A stretch of 64,000 nucleotides of DNA from Iphione sp. A-MEVVRFRX5. Lineage: Eukaryota. Positions within the stretch are counted from its first letter, which is position 1; each line of letters starts with the position of its first letter. The notes below the pieces were generated by a model, which was not told where the DNA came from, ran no database searches, and was given only the letters and a program-made list of their open reading frames with translations. Location of the stretch: contig OZ320315.1 of the NCBI GenBank assembly GCA_976226885.1, positions 50,468,001-50,532,000 of the forward strand, in the 5' to 3' direction. This document shows positions 63,901-64,000 of the stretch, one piece after another. The translations under genes and the position numbers were made by a program.

Positions 63901-64000
63901 AACAATATTGTCACCTCCAGCCACCGCCATCTGCAATCACACCGGCAAACAAATTCAACGCTAATCCACAGCATGCGATTTAATTAAGGAGTGAGGAAAT

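Overview
Eukaryotic, gene-poor, repeat-rich DNA, roughly 40% GC by eye. The palindrome TACATGTA is strongly over-represented, which suggests a marine invertebrate such as amphioxus (inference only). I found no intact host gene, rRNA, tRNA, CRISPR array or bacterial-type system. The only unambiguous coding remnants are two 5'-truncated CR1/L2-type non-LTR reverse transcriptases on the minus strand: 31244-32590 (nearly intact) and about 50890-52290 (decayed). Two endonuclease scraps, possible Penelope scraps, MITE-like elements and a dispersed minisatellite-bearing repeat family are also present. The most striking pattern is that most of the scattered 200-700 bp GC-rich islands, translated with frameshifts allowed, resemble the RT/RNase H end of DIRS-type (tyrosine-recombinase) retrotransposons. 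I see about 18 such scraps on both strands, with no convincing gag or recombinase, and several carry CTCF-like motifs. A second notable item is a tandem-duplicated pair of signal-peptide-like exons with canonical splice sites at 24815-25073 (minus). All protein-family calls on degraded scraps were made by eye and need HMM confirmation; pattern-matching bias is a real risk.
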